This document shows positions 37,101 to 49,100 of a DNA stretch of 64,000 nucleotides, piece after piece. Both the position numbers and the translations under genes were made by a program. This DNA is from Yuukianura sp. NJ FZ-2021. Lineage: Eukaryota. The notes below the pieces were generated by a model. It was given only the letters and a program-made list of their open reading frames with translations. It did no database searches and had not been told where the DNA came from. Numbering within the stretch: the first letter of the stretch is position 1; every line of letters begins with the position of its first letter. The stretch covers positions 4,650,001 to 4,714,000 of the forward strand of contig CM102287.1 in assembly GCA_046563655.1 (NCBI GenBank). The letters are read 5' to 3'.

Positions 37101-40100
37101 ATGGAAGAATGTGGGAAGAATAGAATTAGGAGGAATTATGTTCAATTTCCTTGGAATGAATTGGACTGATTTCCGTTGTAATCTTACGAGCGTCCTGTTG
37201 AGTGCTCTCTTCCATCCGCCACTGCCACCACATTTTCCAAAATTTCTATTCACCAGGGCTTATATTCTTACACTTTAAAAGAGAAAAGCTGTCTCTCGGC
37301 TTAACAAATTTTTCCATGCGGGTAAACTCAGAGAGCTCTTAACAAATCAATGGACGTCGCACTCAGTGACAATGATGAAAGACAAAGCTCAATTTTCACT
37401 CCAAAGTTCCATTTTTCAATTCAAAGGAACAGTTCGCGTGGAACAAAATTTTGTGTCTCCATTTTAATCTGCCTAAAACTCAGACGAAGAATTTTAATTT
37501 CCTAAAATTAGGAAATTAGTTTAAAGTTTGTTTAAAATTTAATTCAAAAAGTTCCTCAAAATTTTTTGAAAACCAAAAGTAGTTTGCTGTGCGTTTGGGA
37601 TGTCGTATTTACCTTTAGTTTTGGACTTTTTTATGGTTCCATTTGTCAAAATAATTTTAAACGGCGTTTCACCTTTTAAACCTTTCTTTTTTTTTAGTTT
37701 CATGGCTGAAATTTCTGAAACGAGTTTTTGAAAATTTTTTAATTGAAAATGGAATAACCAGATAGTTTCATTTTATTTGCACCTTTGCATGATTTGGCAT
37801 AGTTTTGCTCTTTTTTTGAAAACCGAAAGGAGAAAGTTTATGAGGTCAATCCCGCCACAAATTGTGATTGTGAAAGCCCATTTCAGAGAAAGTTTTTCTC
37901 TTTTCATGCCGAAAGTCCTGTAAACACGGCTAAATGTGCTGTATGTTGTTGTTTATGCATTTTTGAAAAACGGGGTCACTGAAAATGACCTACATCAAAA
38001 ACCTATGTTTTGTTGTTCTTAGTTCCAAAAGTTAACATAACTGAAGGAAAGTTGGGAAAAGTTAGATAAAATCGTTAGTTGGAATTGGAAACTGCTTTCT
38101 CCTGCTCCAGAGCTCCAGAATGTGTGATGATAAATAATGGATGAGGTCAAGTGGTGCTGGTTGGCTGGAGTTTGTGCGAGGAATGTTAGTTGAATTGGAA
38201 AGTATTTCCAACTATATGTTAGGTTTTGTGCTTTAGAGAGAGAGAGGCAATTAGGTTCTGGTGGCTGGGTGTTAATGGTCTCCAGATGAGGGAACACAAG
38301 CTCAAATTGCTTTATTTCTTCATCTAAACGCAGAGAAAGTTGAAAAAGAGGAGAAATTATTTGGGAAATTTCGAAAAGTTATTTATTTTATTTAATAACT
38401 CGAGAACTACTTTTCTGAAAGCTCTTCTCATAGTTGGTACACAAGTTTCTGAAATCTCCCGCTGGCTGTTTTTGGTTGAGCAAAGTCAGTTTCTAGTTGA
38501 ATTGAGCAAAAGTCATTTTCTAGGTTGGAACAAAGTTGCTTTTCTAGTTTACTTTGAACACATTTCTTGTTTGTTCTAAAAAGTCGTTTTCTAGTTCAGA
38601 ACAGCCGAACAGCGTCGTTTTCTTGATAATTTGAGCAGAGTTGTCTTTTGTTGTTTTGTATTTTGATGTAAAAGTGGCTGTGCTGCTGTCATGTCTGTGT
38701 CGCTGTTCTTGATTTTGATCTTGTAGATGGAGCGGAGATTGATGAACTTTATGTCTTCTTTTGAAAAATATTTTCTGTGTTGTCTGTCTTTTGGTAAAGT
38801 CGGTGAAGTGTGAAAGTTCCGGTAGTGGTTGTCTGTCCTAACGACGGAAACGGCCTCACTATTCGCCAGAATTGATTTTTTTTTCTCCTCATGGTTCTAC
38901 TTTTGGTAGTTTGTAGAAACGAGGAGATTCAACAGATAGGCTCTTCTCATGATTCGTCGAAACTAAAACTCATTTAGCCCTACGTTTCCGTTTTTCATGG
39001 GAAAAAGGGGAAAGTTTTTTCGTTTTTCGTTTTCTGATGGATAGACCAATTTTGAAATTTTTTTGTGGTCAGAATTCTGACGTGCGTTTCCGTTTCACAC
39101 TTTTTTGTGGCCTCTTTTTTGGTAATAGAGAGAATCCTTCTTTGGTGTTACGCTTCTGTGAAAATATTTTTATAAGTAATTTTTTTTCCGCTTTTTCAAA
39201 TTTTGCAAATGGTATTTTTTTTCATAGTTGAGGAGAGATGGGCTCGATGGGCGTCCCTAGAGAGAGTCGCTTTTTACGCTCTTTTGAGCAGAGAGGAAGA
39301 TTTTTAGAGTGGATTAAGTTGAAAGAGAGAAAGTTGAAATTATGGCACACCAGCTCGCTTTCTCACTCGGTTCAAATTGGAATTTATGCAAAACCGAATT
39401 TCGGTTTTCTGTATTCATTTGAATATTTTTAATGGAGAAATACTCATAATGGAGATGGAGACTTTTGTGTTTTCTTCTTCATGTTGAGTAAGAGTGGGAT
39501 TTTCTCTGGGTGTGGATCGTAATTTCATTTGGGAGTAAGTCATACAGTGGTGGTCTTTGGTTCCATTGTATCGCTTTCTCTTGCTGTCTCTTGGGTGGGT
39601 TTAAATCCATTTTCCAATATTTGGAACAGACTTTCGCTCTGCTTCTGAGTCCCAGTCGATGAATAATGGTAGGATTTTGACAGGGAGAAAGCAGAGGTGT
39701 CTCAACCACCTGTGTGATACGCCACTTCCACTCCTCTGCTCAGGCAGGAAAATCAATGACCAAGGAGAACTTCTCTACTTAATGAAAAAACATAAGTTAG
39801 GCTAAATGAAAAACCTACGGTAGACTATAAGTGAAAAACATAAGTTAGGGTGAATGAAAAACCTACGGTAGGTTAACTGAGAAATTTTCGAAAATCGAAA
39901 AACTGATGTTGGTGGAAGAGAGAAAGTGAAAAGCCAGGTTTAATTGAAAAATTTAGATTAGACACAGGGAAAAGTGAAAATTCCACGTTAAATTTAAAAT
40001 CTACTTTGGGCTAATCGTAACTGTAAACTGTACGTCGACGTTAAATGAAAAGTCTGCGTTAAATGAAAAACATAACTTAGACTTAAGTGAAAAGTGAAAT

Positions 40101-43100
40101 TAAAAATTGGTTGGGCTTAACTGAGAAGTCTGCGTTAAATGAAAAGTTTACGCAGGAGAGGAGGGCTAAATGAAAAGTGAAAAGTTTACGTTAGATGAAA
40201 AACATAACTTAGATAAATGAGAAAGCTGTGTTAGATGAAGTTTAATTGAATATTCTGCTTTGTTGGAATGAAAAGTTTATGTTATATGAAAGACAGACGT
40301 TAGGTTTTTTAGTTAAGGCTAAAAGCAAAGTTGAAGTTTAGACAAGGCACAACGGGGAGCCTTTAGTAATGCAGAAACTGTTGACGTGACCTTTGTAGGC
40401 TAGGGACCTGCTGACGCTTGTCTTTTTCCTTATTTGCTGGCTGATTTATTAGAGGAAGAGAGAGATAGTAGTCTCTGGAGTCTTCTATAGAATTGTTTTT
40501 CATTTTCAAAAATGATGAATTTCTAACTTATTAGTTGAAGATGAATTCCTGGGATAGAAGATGCTGAAGCGTGCTTTCTACGAAGCAAGTCACGCGGAAG
40601 TAGGAGATGCGATGTGACCGACCTTGGAATTCTTGAGCAGTGAACCCAGAATTTAAATTATGATTAAAAAGAAGAAAGAGAGAAAGGAATTTTTTGAAAA
40701 ACGGGAGAGAAAGTGAAAAATGTCTTGAGAAACAGTTTCTGTAGGGTGCTGGAGCTAGATATGATGCTGGATGCTGGAATAAGATGAACGATATTTGAAC
40801 AAAGGAGGAAAGTTTTTTGAAATGTGACGATTAGGGAATGATGAATGGAAAGTAACCGTAAGAAGATTAACCTAGCCTAAGGTAAACCTGAGGTCCCGTA
40901 AGAAGATTAACGTTACTTTCAAGTCTAATCGTTGGGAAAGTGAAAGTTTGCTACTTTCTCTTTTGTTTGGTCAATGGACTTTCTAGTTCTGAATTCTTAA
41001 ATGTCTAAAGTACAATTGGGTTCTCTTTTGACATGAAAATGGAATTGGACTAAAGTTGAGTGACAATGGACGTGCCTTTCTCTGGTTCTGGTAAAGTTGA
41101 ATTTTGGAAATGGCGGGAAAGTTTGAAATAATGATTCTGAGGGGGAAAGTGGCCTTAAGTGAATGAAATGAAAATGGAAATGGGGAGAGTGGCGGAATGC
41201 GGCAATTACCAATTTGGATGAAGAGAAAGTCCGCTTTCTCCGGGAAGCCAGAGCGAAGGAGTCGTTTTGCTCATTAGGCTTTTTGTCACATCTTTCTTTC
41301 CCTGTCTGTTCGTAGTACGTTAGGCTAGAGTTGGTTAGGTTAGCATTAGGCTCTGTAGATGGAAAATGAACAACGAGCACGGGAAGTGACAGAATATTGT
41401 GTGACTTTCGCCTCATCATCTTTTGTGCTAAGACTTTTCTCTTTTTTAGTTCTTTTTTTGGTCCCCAGGGACATGGCAAGTAATCTTAAGATGAAGCTTC
41501 TCCCTGTCTACTTTCTCCTGTTTTCTAGAAATTCTTGTGTTTTTTCTAGCTTTAGGTGAAACTAGGTTTTTGCGTTTTTTTTTAACAATAGTTTTTTGTT
41601 TTTTTAGAACAGGTTTCTGACTTTGTCCAATTTTATTTTTTAGAACACTTTGCACCTTCTGCCTTTTTTGGGGGTTTTGTTGGTTTTGTTAGCTAGAAGG
41701 AGAAAGGCCAAATTGGATTCTTCCTTTCTTTGGCTTTCTCCAATTTGGATTTTGGGTTCTGTGTCTGATTTATCTGAGGAAAAAGAAGAATTGGAAAAAA
41801 GACATTCATTTTAGATGCAAGACAACCTTGTCTGTGGCGGGAGATAAGGAAATTCTGTGGATTTACACCAACTTTTTTCTTTGCTTTCACTTTGTGACTA
41901 GCGTAACAGCTGAGACTAGTCGTGAAATTGTATTGAGAGTTGGTGAAAGTTTTTAGGCTTTTTTATTAGTTGAATTTATTTTATTTTATTACAATTTTGA
42001 GTGGAAAAATATTGGATTTTGGGAAAATGTTATTTCAACGGATATGGAAAGCATGAAGGAAGGCATGAAGTTGTTTTTGAAGAAAAGGAGGGAAGGAATG
42101 AAATAGTTTTTGAAAGAGGAGAGGTTTTCCAGTTTTTGAAAAGAAGGAGAGGTTCTACTTTTTGAAAACCGAAGCGGAGATGTTCATTTTTAAGGTTTCT
42201 CGCCTTTTTTGTGCCTTGAGGAAGAGAAAGTGCAAATCCTACTTAGGAGATCCAATTTAAAGCTCCGCTCTCTTCTCCCTTTACTTAAAAGTGAAGATGG
42301 AAGCAGCAGGTTGAAGAGGATATTCTCAGATATTGAATTTACACCTTCCTGTCACTTGAATTTTGGCGCCGTATTTAAAATGACTTTGGGGTTAAGAGGC
42401 TCATGCTTTCACTTTCTACTTGGAGAAAGTCACTGTAGTGTCAAAAAGTTAGATTGGAGAATTCCTTTCACTAGGTTGTTGCAGAGATGTAACGGGTAAC
42501 TTTAACCTAAGCATAGCCTAATGGTTAGGTTAAGCGAACATAACGGAGAAAGGTGGTGGAGGTTGTGAGCTTGATGGAAATGTTAACTAATGAGGCTGAC
42601 AATCAGAGTTGACAGGATAACTCTCGAGACATATCCTCGGCCAGGCAGCAATGCTAGGAGGAGGAAAAAGGCTTTGATCTGCCGGGAATTTAACGCTACG
42701 AGCTCCACATTTTGTGTACTTTTCACTTTCGCACGTCAAATTGCCACTCCTCCGAGTTGGCTGAAATGACATGACTTGGCTGCGCTGTTTTTTTTTCTGG
42801 AAGGTTTTAGAGACAGAAGAGGAAAGCTAAAGAGAAATTTGGTAATGAATTGCCTTCTCCTCGGGGTCTGAAAACTGTTTTTTTTTTTTGTGTTTGTTTT
42901 CATTTGGTAGACACTGAAGAGCTTCTTGTGCTAGAGGAGTGATGAAGTTTTTAAAGAAGTTCATTTTTCACGTTTTAGTTGAGTTGAAAGAAGTAGTACA
43001 GAGGGAATTTTTGAAAAGTTTAAAATTTGGAGAAAGTTGAGAGTTGGAGTGAAAGAATGCAAGATTCCGCCGGGAGTAGAGTGAAAGTTAAGAAATTTTT

Positions 43101-46100
43101 AGCTTCTTAGTTTTGTGTCGGTTTCTGTTTTGACTTTTTGAGAAAAGTGTCTGTAAGTTGTGAGTTTTGGGGAAAGTTGTAATTAGAAGTTTGACTGTGT
43201 TCGCTTGAGCGCGCTGAGTAGCGAATCATTTCCTTTGATTATTTATTCTCATGCTTTCAATCTTTTTCCTTCCTTTAGCCACTTCGTTTATAACTGCCCA
43301 GAACTTTTTTTGTGGAGTTGCGTGCGTGAAAAGTTAGAGAGAGAAAGTTTGGTGCAACACGTCACACACCAATATCCGTTTTTTAGGAACAGAATTCCAG
43401 GAGAACGTTTTTTCTTTTATCAGAGGAATAGGCAGGTCTGTCCTTTTCCAAAAGTGAAACTAAATCTAAGAAGGTGGCGGATGGCTGTCACTTTGGCTTT
43501 CTCGGAATCTCGGATTCCTTGCAATGCTGCTTCTGTGGAAGAGCTGTCATGTCACCGAGAAAGTCCTTCGGAGTGAAAGTGATTTCACACTTTCATCTAT
43601 GGAGGCTGGGGCTGGAAGAAGAAATGTGGAAGTGGATCTATGGATTTAAGACAGTGTGCTTATGGCAGGTTTTGCAAGGAACGCCACCTCAGATTCTCAG
43701 AGTAGCTGTCACTTGTTAGGTCAGATTAGTCTCACCTTAAAGGTTTTGACTAAAAATCTAACTTTAGCCTAACTTTACCTTAACTAGGATCCTGACTTTA
43801 TGTTATCCTGCGTAACTTTGTTTTGGTCGATCAGGCGTTTTAAACAGGTTTGAGAGGCCTTCAGGGCTGGAGATCGATATTATGATATTATGAGACGGAA
43901 GGAGAAAGTCCTGGAGAAGGCGGAATTGTGGACTTTGTGGGGCAGGTACTGTACTGCTCTTGGTGCTACTGGTGAAGCGTATTTTAGAAAAGTTGTTCCA
44001 CTGCTGTTTGGGTTAGGGAGATCGATATGGGGCTCTATGGTTGAAGCTTTGCTTTTGCATTCCCCTTCTTTCTTCCTCCTCTGGGTTTTTGGCAGGATTG
44101 CGGCATACGCTTTTTCCTCTTGTTGTTGTGGCTACCTCATCCTTCCGTTTGTCTCCTTCACCCGCCTTTTCTCTACAATACGAAACTCACCAAACACAAA
44201 AACACGCTTTTTAACCTGCCAGGAACACAAAAGAGTCCTGGCAAAGAGTTCTACTACGATGAATTCGATTCTTTCCGAGGAATCGATTCCAAAAATCGAA
44301 TCAGAGAGTCAATAAGAATCATATTCTCAAAATTACCAATGATAGAATCAACTTACGTTAGTTCGATAAAATGTCCCAGGAAATCAATTCGGCTCAATAA
44401 AATCGCACCGATGCGTTATTTGAATCCAAAGAATCGGTACGAATAAGTCACGTGACTCACAAAAAACGAAACTTTGAGAATCAACAAGGATTTTTTAGAA
44501 TCGAAACAGGGAGTCTATATATGTAGAGTTACCGGAATCGAAACAGGGAGTCATTTTGACTCATGAGAATCACGAGGTAGGGAGTCGGTTTGACTCATGA
44601 GTCAAGGAGAAAAGGCTGGGATGGTAATTTTTCTATAAATTTGGAAATTTTTTGAGGCGAAAGGAGAAAGAGAAAGTTTTGATTAAAAAGAAAGTGAAAA
44701 CTGGGAAGAATTATTTTTCTTGTTAAGTTTTTAGGGTTGAGTGGCTCTAAAGTTCTTTCCTTTGTAAATTTCGGAGTCTCTAATCATTGAAATTCAAATC
44801 CGAGAAGAAATGGGACTCTGTTTCTCTCCAATTTAGGCAAAAAACGAAGAAAATGAACGAAAAGAGTGGGATTCTGATTATTCTGTTTTCTACTGTGTCT
44901 CAGTTCAGAGAAAACTACTAGTTGAAAACCTTGTCTCTTCGGAACACAAAACTTTTTAAAAAGTTTAAGTTTGGAACTTACAATTTAAACCAAAGTTTTT
45001 ATTTTCTAAGAATTTATATATAGAGAAGCCTTTTACTCCAAACCTAGAAAATGGAAGTTGTTGATTCAGGAGGGGAAAGTGCTTTTCAAGGTTTCTATAG
45101 CAACGGAATAGTTCTTGCTTCATAAGGTTAAGCAATACCTCGGTTTTTATATTTTTCCTCCCAAAATTGCAAAAATGAAAGGACATCACGGCGGCTTTCG
45201 TTTCCTTGGGAATTTTTTATCCGAATTTTTTTTATTCACTTTTTTTCCTTTTTTTTATTTTTCATTTTTTTAATTCTGAGAAATGTAGAGACAATGTGCT
45301 GCAAACTTTTAGCTATGCTACTGGATCACCGCACAATGCAAATTGGTTCCCCTTTCCCAAGTTACGAATACGACCTTTCAGGAGATGAAGCTTCTGGTTC
45401 AAGTGTCTCAATCGTAGAAATGTCCTGACCCTTGCATATCGTTTCACGACACCAGCGTCGATAGTTGGAAAATCGTGAACAATCATTGACTCCAGTCGAC
45501 TTATGACGCCAGGATCCTTACATACATGTCCTCCATGCACCCTGAAATATATTTATCTTTTAGAAAAAAAATTGGTAGAGCAACTGGCTTCCCAACTTTT
45601 ACGAATTGCTTCTGGTTTTGGCACTCGAAACAACTTAGTCTTGCATTCACCAATCTTCACTTTGTAGTCACTGTTCAGACAGTCTGGAACTGAGCAATAA
45701 TGCACCATCTTAAACTAAATGACTTAACTTGAACTGTAAACTTAACTTTAACTGTAAACTTTTAATTTGATTTGACGCTAATTTCTTTCATCCCCAAAAA
45801 GTGATCAACAAACTTGGGTGAAACTTGGGTGAAAAAAAAGTTTGGAGCGAGATTTTTGGAAAACAAGACTTATTGCTTAACCTTATGAAGCAGCGGTTGC
45901 TATAGAAACCTTGGTGCTTTTGTCGTGGAATAATTTGATAATCAAGAGAAAGTTAAGCTGAGAGAGGCTAAGAAGTTGTTTTCTCTCTGGAGAAAAGTGC
46001 TGGCGAAAGCCGATTGGAACGGAGTTTTCAGACTCCCTTGACAGTTTTCTACTGTGATTAAATGGAGAAAAAGTTTGGAAATAAAAGTGGATTGCGAGTT

Positions 46101-49100
46101 CCAGTGGGTGTTAATTAATCGATCAACAACCTAAAAACCCACCTGTAATTTAGAGATAATTGGGGAAATGGAGTGCAATTCTGGAAATGAACGTGAGAAT
46201 AACTGAGTTGTTCAACATTCGTATTTTGATTTTTGTCGATCATGCGATAGTTTAGAAAATTTCAAAATGAGAAAATTTTCCTTAATAGGAAGAAGAAAGA
46301 GATCAAATTTGGAAAATGTAGAAATCAAAAAATTTGGAAAATCGAAAACTTTTGTAAATTACAGTGCTGGAAAAAATTACAGGGAGAAGCATATTTTTTA
46401 ACATAATCCTACTAATTGTCAGTCAAAAAATTATATAATACGGGAATGCACAATATAAAACTATGGTGAAAGTTTCATTAAGATAATTAGAATCTGGAAA
46501 ATCGAAAAGTTTAGTAAATCGGAAACCCGAAATAAAGCAAATCAGAAAGTCAAAAAATGCAAATCAGAATGTCAAAAAATGGAAATGAGGAAATCAGAAA
46601 ACGTTTGATTTGACAAACATTTTAATCAAACTGATCGATATTTCGATTAATTTGGAATAACGTTGAGTGAATTTTGATGAAAGTCGATTTGAGTGTATAC
46701 TTGATTTAGACTAATTAAGATCCTGTAGTGGATTTACTGATTCGATATTTCTGTATTGACTTTTTTTCTGTTTTGACTCTAAAAACATCCTATTTTTTTG
46801 AATTTTCATAGGCTTGGTCGCCCCGGAGTGGACGTATGGTGCCGTCATGACGTGGATTGTGGATCCGTGACTTTTTTGCAATTTGTATGGAACGAAGGGA
46901 ATCTTGTCTCTGTGACCTCTGACGACTCTCTGCATCTCTGGAACATCCGCTCCAAAAAGCCCGCTATCGTTCAGTCACTCAAATTCCAAAGAGAAAGGTA
47001 AGTTTGAGTTTTCCAGAGTTGTTGAAACTGGAGGTCAGGAACTTTATTTGCTTTGGTTAACTAGTTAGAGATGGTGGTTTTGTTCAATTCAGAGAGAGTA
47101 ACTAATTCTATGGAATTCGGAGAAGGGAGTAACTATTTTGTGCTGGTTTGGATCTCTGTTTTATGAGTTGAGCGAAGCTCATTTCCGCTCGTTTCCCGGG
47201 CTTGAGATAAAATCAAATTTGAACTAAAAATGACTTTGTGCTCTTTCTGGTTTGCAGGATCACTTGCCTCCAGCTCAGTTTCCAGAGCAAATGGCTCTGC
47301 GTAGGAACGGAGCGTGGAAATGTCCACATTGTCAACACGGACACGTTCCAACTGTCTGGCTACATTATCAACTGGAACAAGGCCATAGAACTGTAAGTAC
47401 TTTTCCAGTACATACTGGCAGTACTATTCACTTTTGCGTTGGAAATTGCACAAGCCGCATTGCCCAAAATGAGAGTCCAAGCAACTGTTGTTGGTTTGGG
47501 GTTGCTCAAGTTTGAAAAGTTTTGGTGCAGTTTGGGTAAAGTTTTTTTTGGGAATGTCCATTTGAACAACAGTTGTTCAAATGAACATTTTCTAAAAAAG
47601 GAACAGCGTTTCAAAGGAAGAAGGAAATTCCGCTGTCTGTTTGTTGTAAGACTTCTTGCTTGGAGAAAGTTCCTTTGAGTGGAGCATAGTTGTCGAGAGA
47701 GTAAATATTTCATTTGAGATTATTATGATGAAGACACAAAAGTTGAGATTTGTGAGCTGAATAATTAATGGAGTTTCGCCCTCCTTGAACGATGCCTGAG
47801 GCTAGAACAAGGTTAGGTTACGCCGAAACATAACTTTTAGCGTAACTTTTAGTGAAGGCATGTAAGTTCCTGACGCTGGTGAAAGTAAAAGGAAGAACCC
47901 ATTATCCTCTGGCATCTCCTCCTATCAGACATCAAAGAGAGTAAAATTCTCTTTTCATTTTCCTCATTCCGCAGCACAGCCTTTGACGAGAGACTAACGT
48001 CATCTTCAAAATGAGCCTCAAAATCTACTTTTAAAAAAATCTTTTTTAACTTTTGAGAAAGTTGAAAATCAACTTTCACCAGACATAAATTTTAGAGAAA
48101 AAGAAATGTTGGTGTCTGAAACTGAAATTGGGCCTTCCAGGTATCAGTTTCGGCCAAATCAGTTTAGACTCTCTGTATTAGGCACAATGTTGTGTTGTTT
48201 GTGATGTTTTCAATTTTCGTTAGACTTTTGGTTAGGTTATGTCTAAATTTTGTTTGTTTTTCCTTAGTTCCATTTTGTTGTAAGTTTGTTTCTCTCATCA
48301 GTCATGGTGAAAGCTGGGTTAGAGTTACGAGGTTAGATGTTTCATTATCATTAGGGTTTCTTTTGTAGTTTCTTCAGATTATGTTGAATGTAATTTTTTT
48401 ATGTTGAATGTTTGTATCTTACAGGTTAGGTTGAGTGTATCTTTGTTTCTGGAGAAAGTGGAATTTGAATGTGATGGTTGATGTGGATTCCTGGAAGGCA
48501 TTAAATTAATGGAGCTCTTTGGTGAGAGTAGTTGTAGGGATTTTGGGGTGGGTGACAAATATTTTAGTGGAGGGCCCTTAGCTATGTCGGATTTAGGTGG
48601 GTAGAAAAGATATTGGCCAATAAAGGCGGAAGTGATGTTAATAAAGGGAAAGGGATCGGAGGACGGGGAAAGCTATTACTCGTTCGGAATGTCATTTGAG
48701 ATGGGTGTATTAGTTTGGTATTCGACGGCCCGCAGTTCTCAGGAGGATCATCGTCCTAGGCACTCCTTCCTCGTGACAAGAATCACCAACAGATTTTTAA
48801 ACTTAAAAAACTGGCTTAGCCTCAAACTCAAACCTAGCTGTTACACACTGCTAGAGAAAGTGGAGGAAAGGAAGCGGAAGGAATGATTTTTCCTGTCTGC
48901 TTTCTCTTTTTTTTTCTTCCAGTAACTCCGCAACTCAGATTTTTATTATTATTGAGTTACGACTTAACGACTCGGGAGGAAAAAGGGAGACATTTTTAGG
49001 TGTTCTTTTTTCTATAGGAGAAATCAGCTTCGGTTTTATTTGAAAATTTGAAAAAAACGGAGTAAAACTTTCACCATTTGAGGAGAAGGAGAAAATAAAG

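Noticed and set aside
35184..46811. Nested genes or alternative first exons in the 11.6-kb tomosyn intron 2 (e.g. 38727-38793, 41359..41559, 43890..44315)
   Set aside because: Low-complexity F/L/K-rich ORFs typical of AT-rich DNA; the candidate exon at 38727 has a phase incompatible with tomosyn exon 3.
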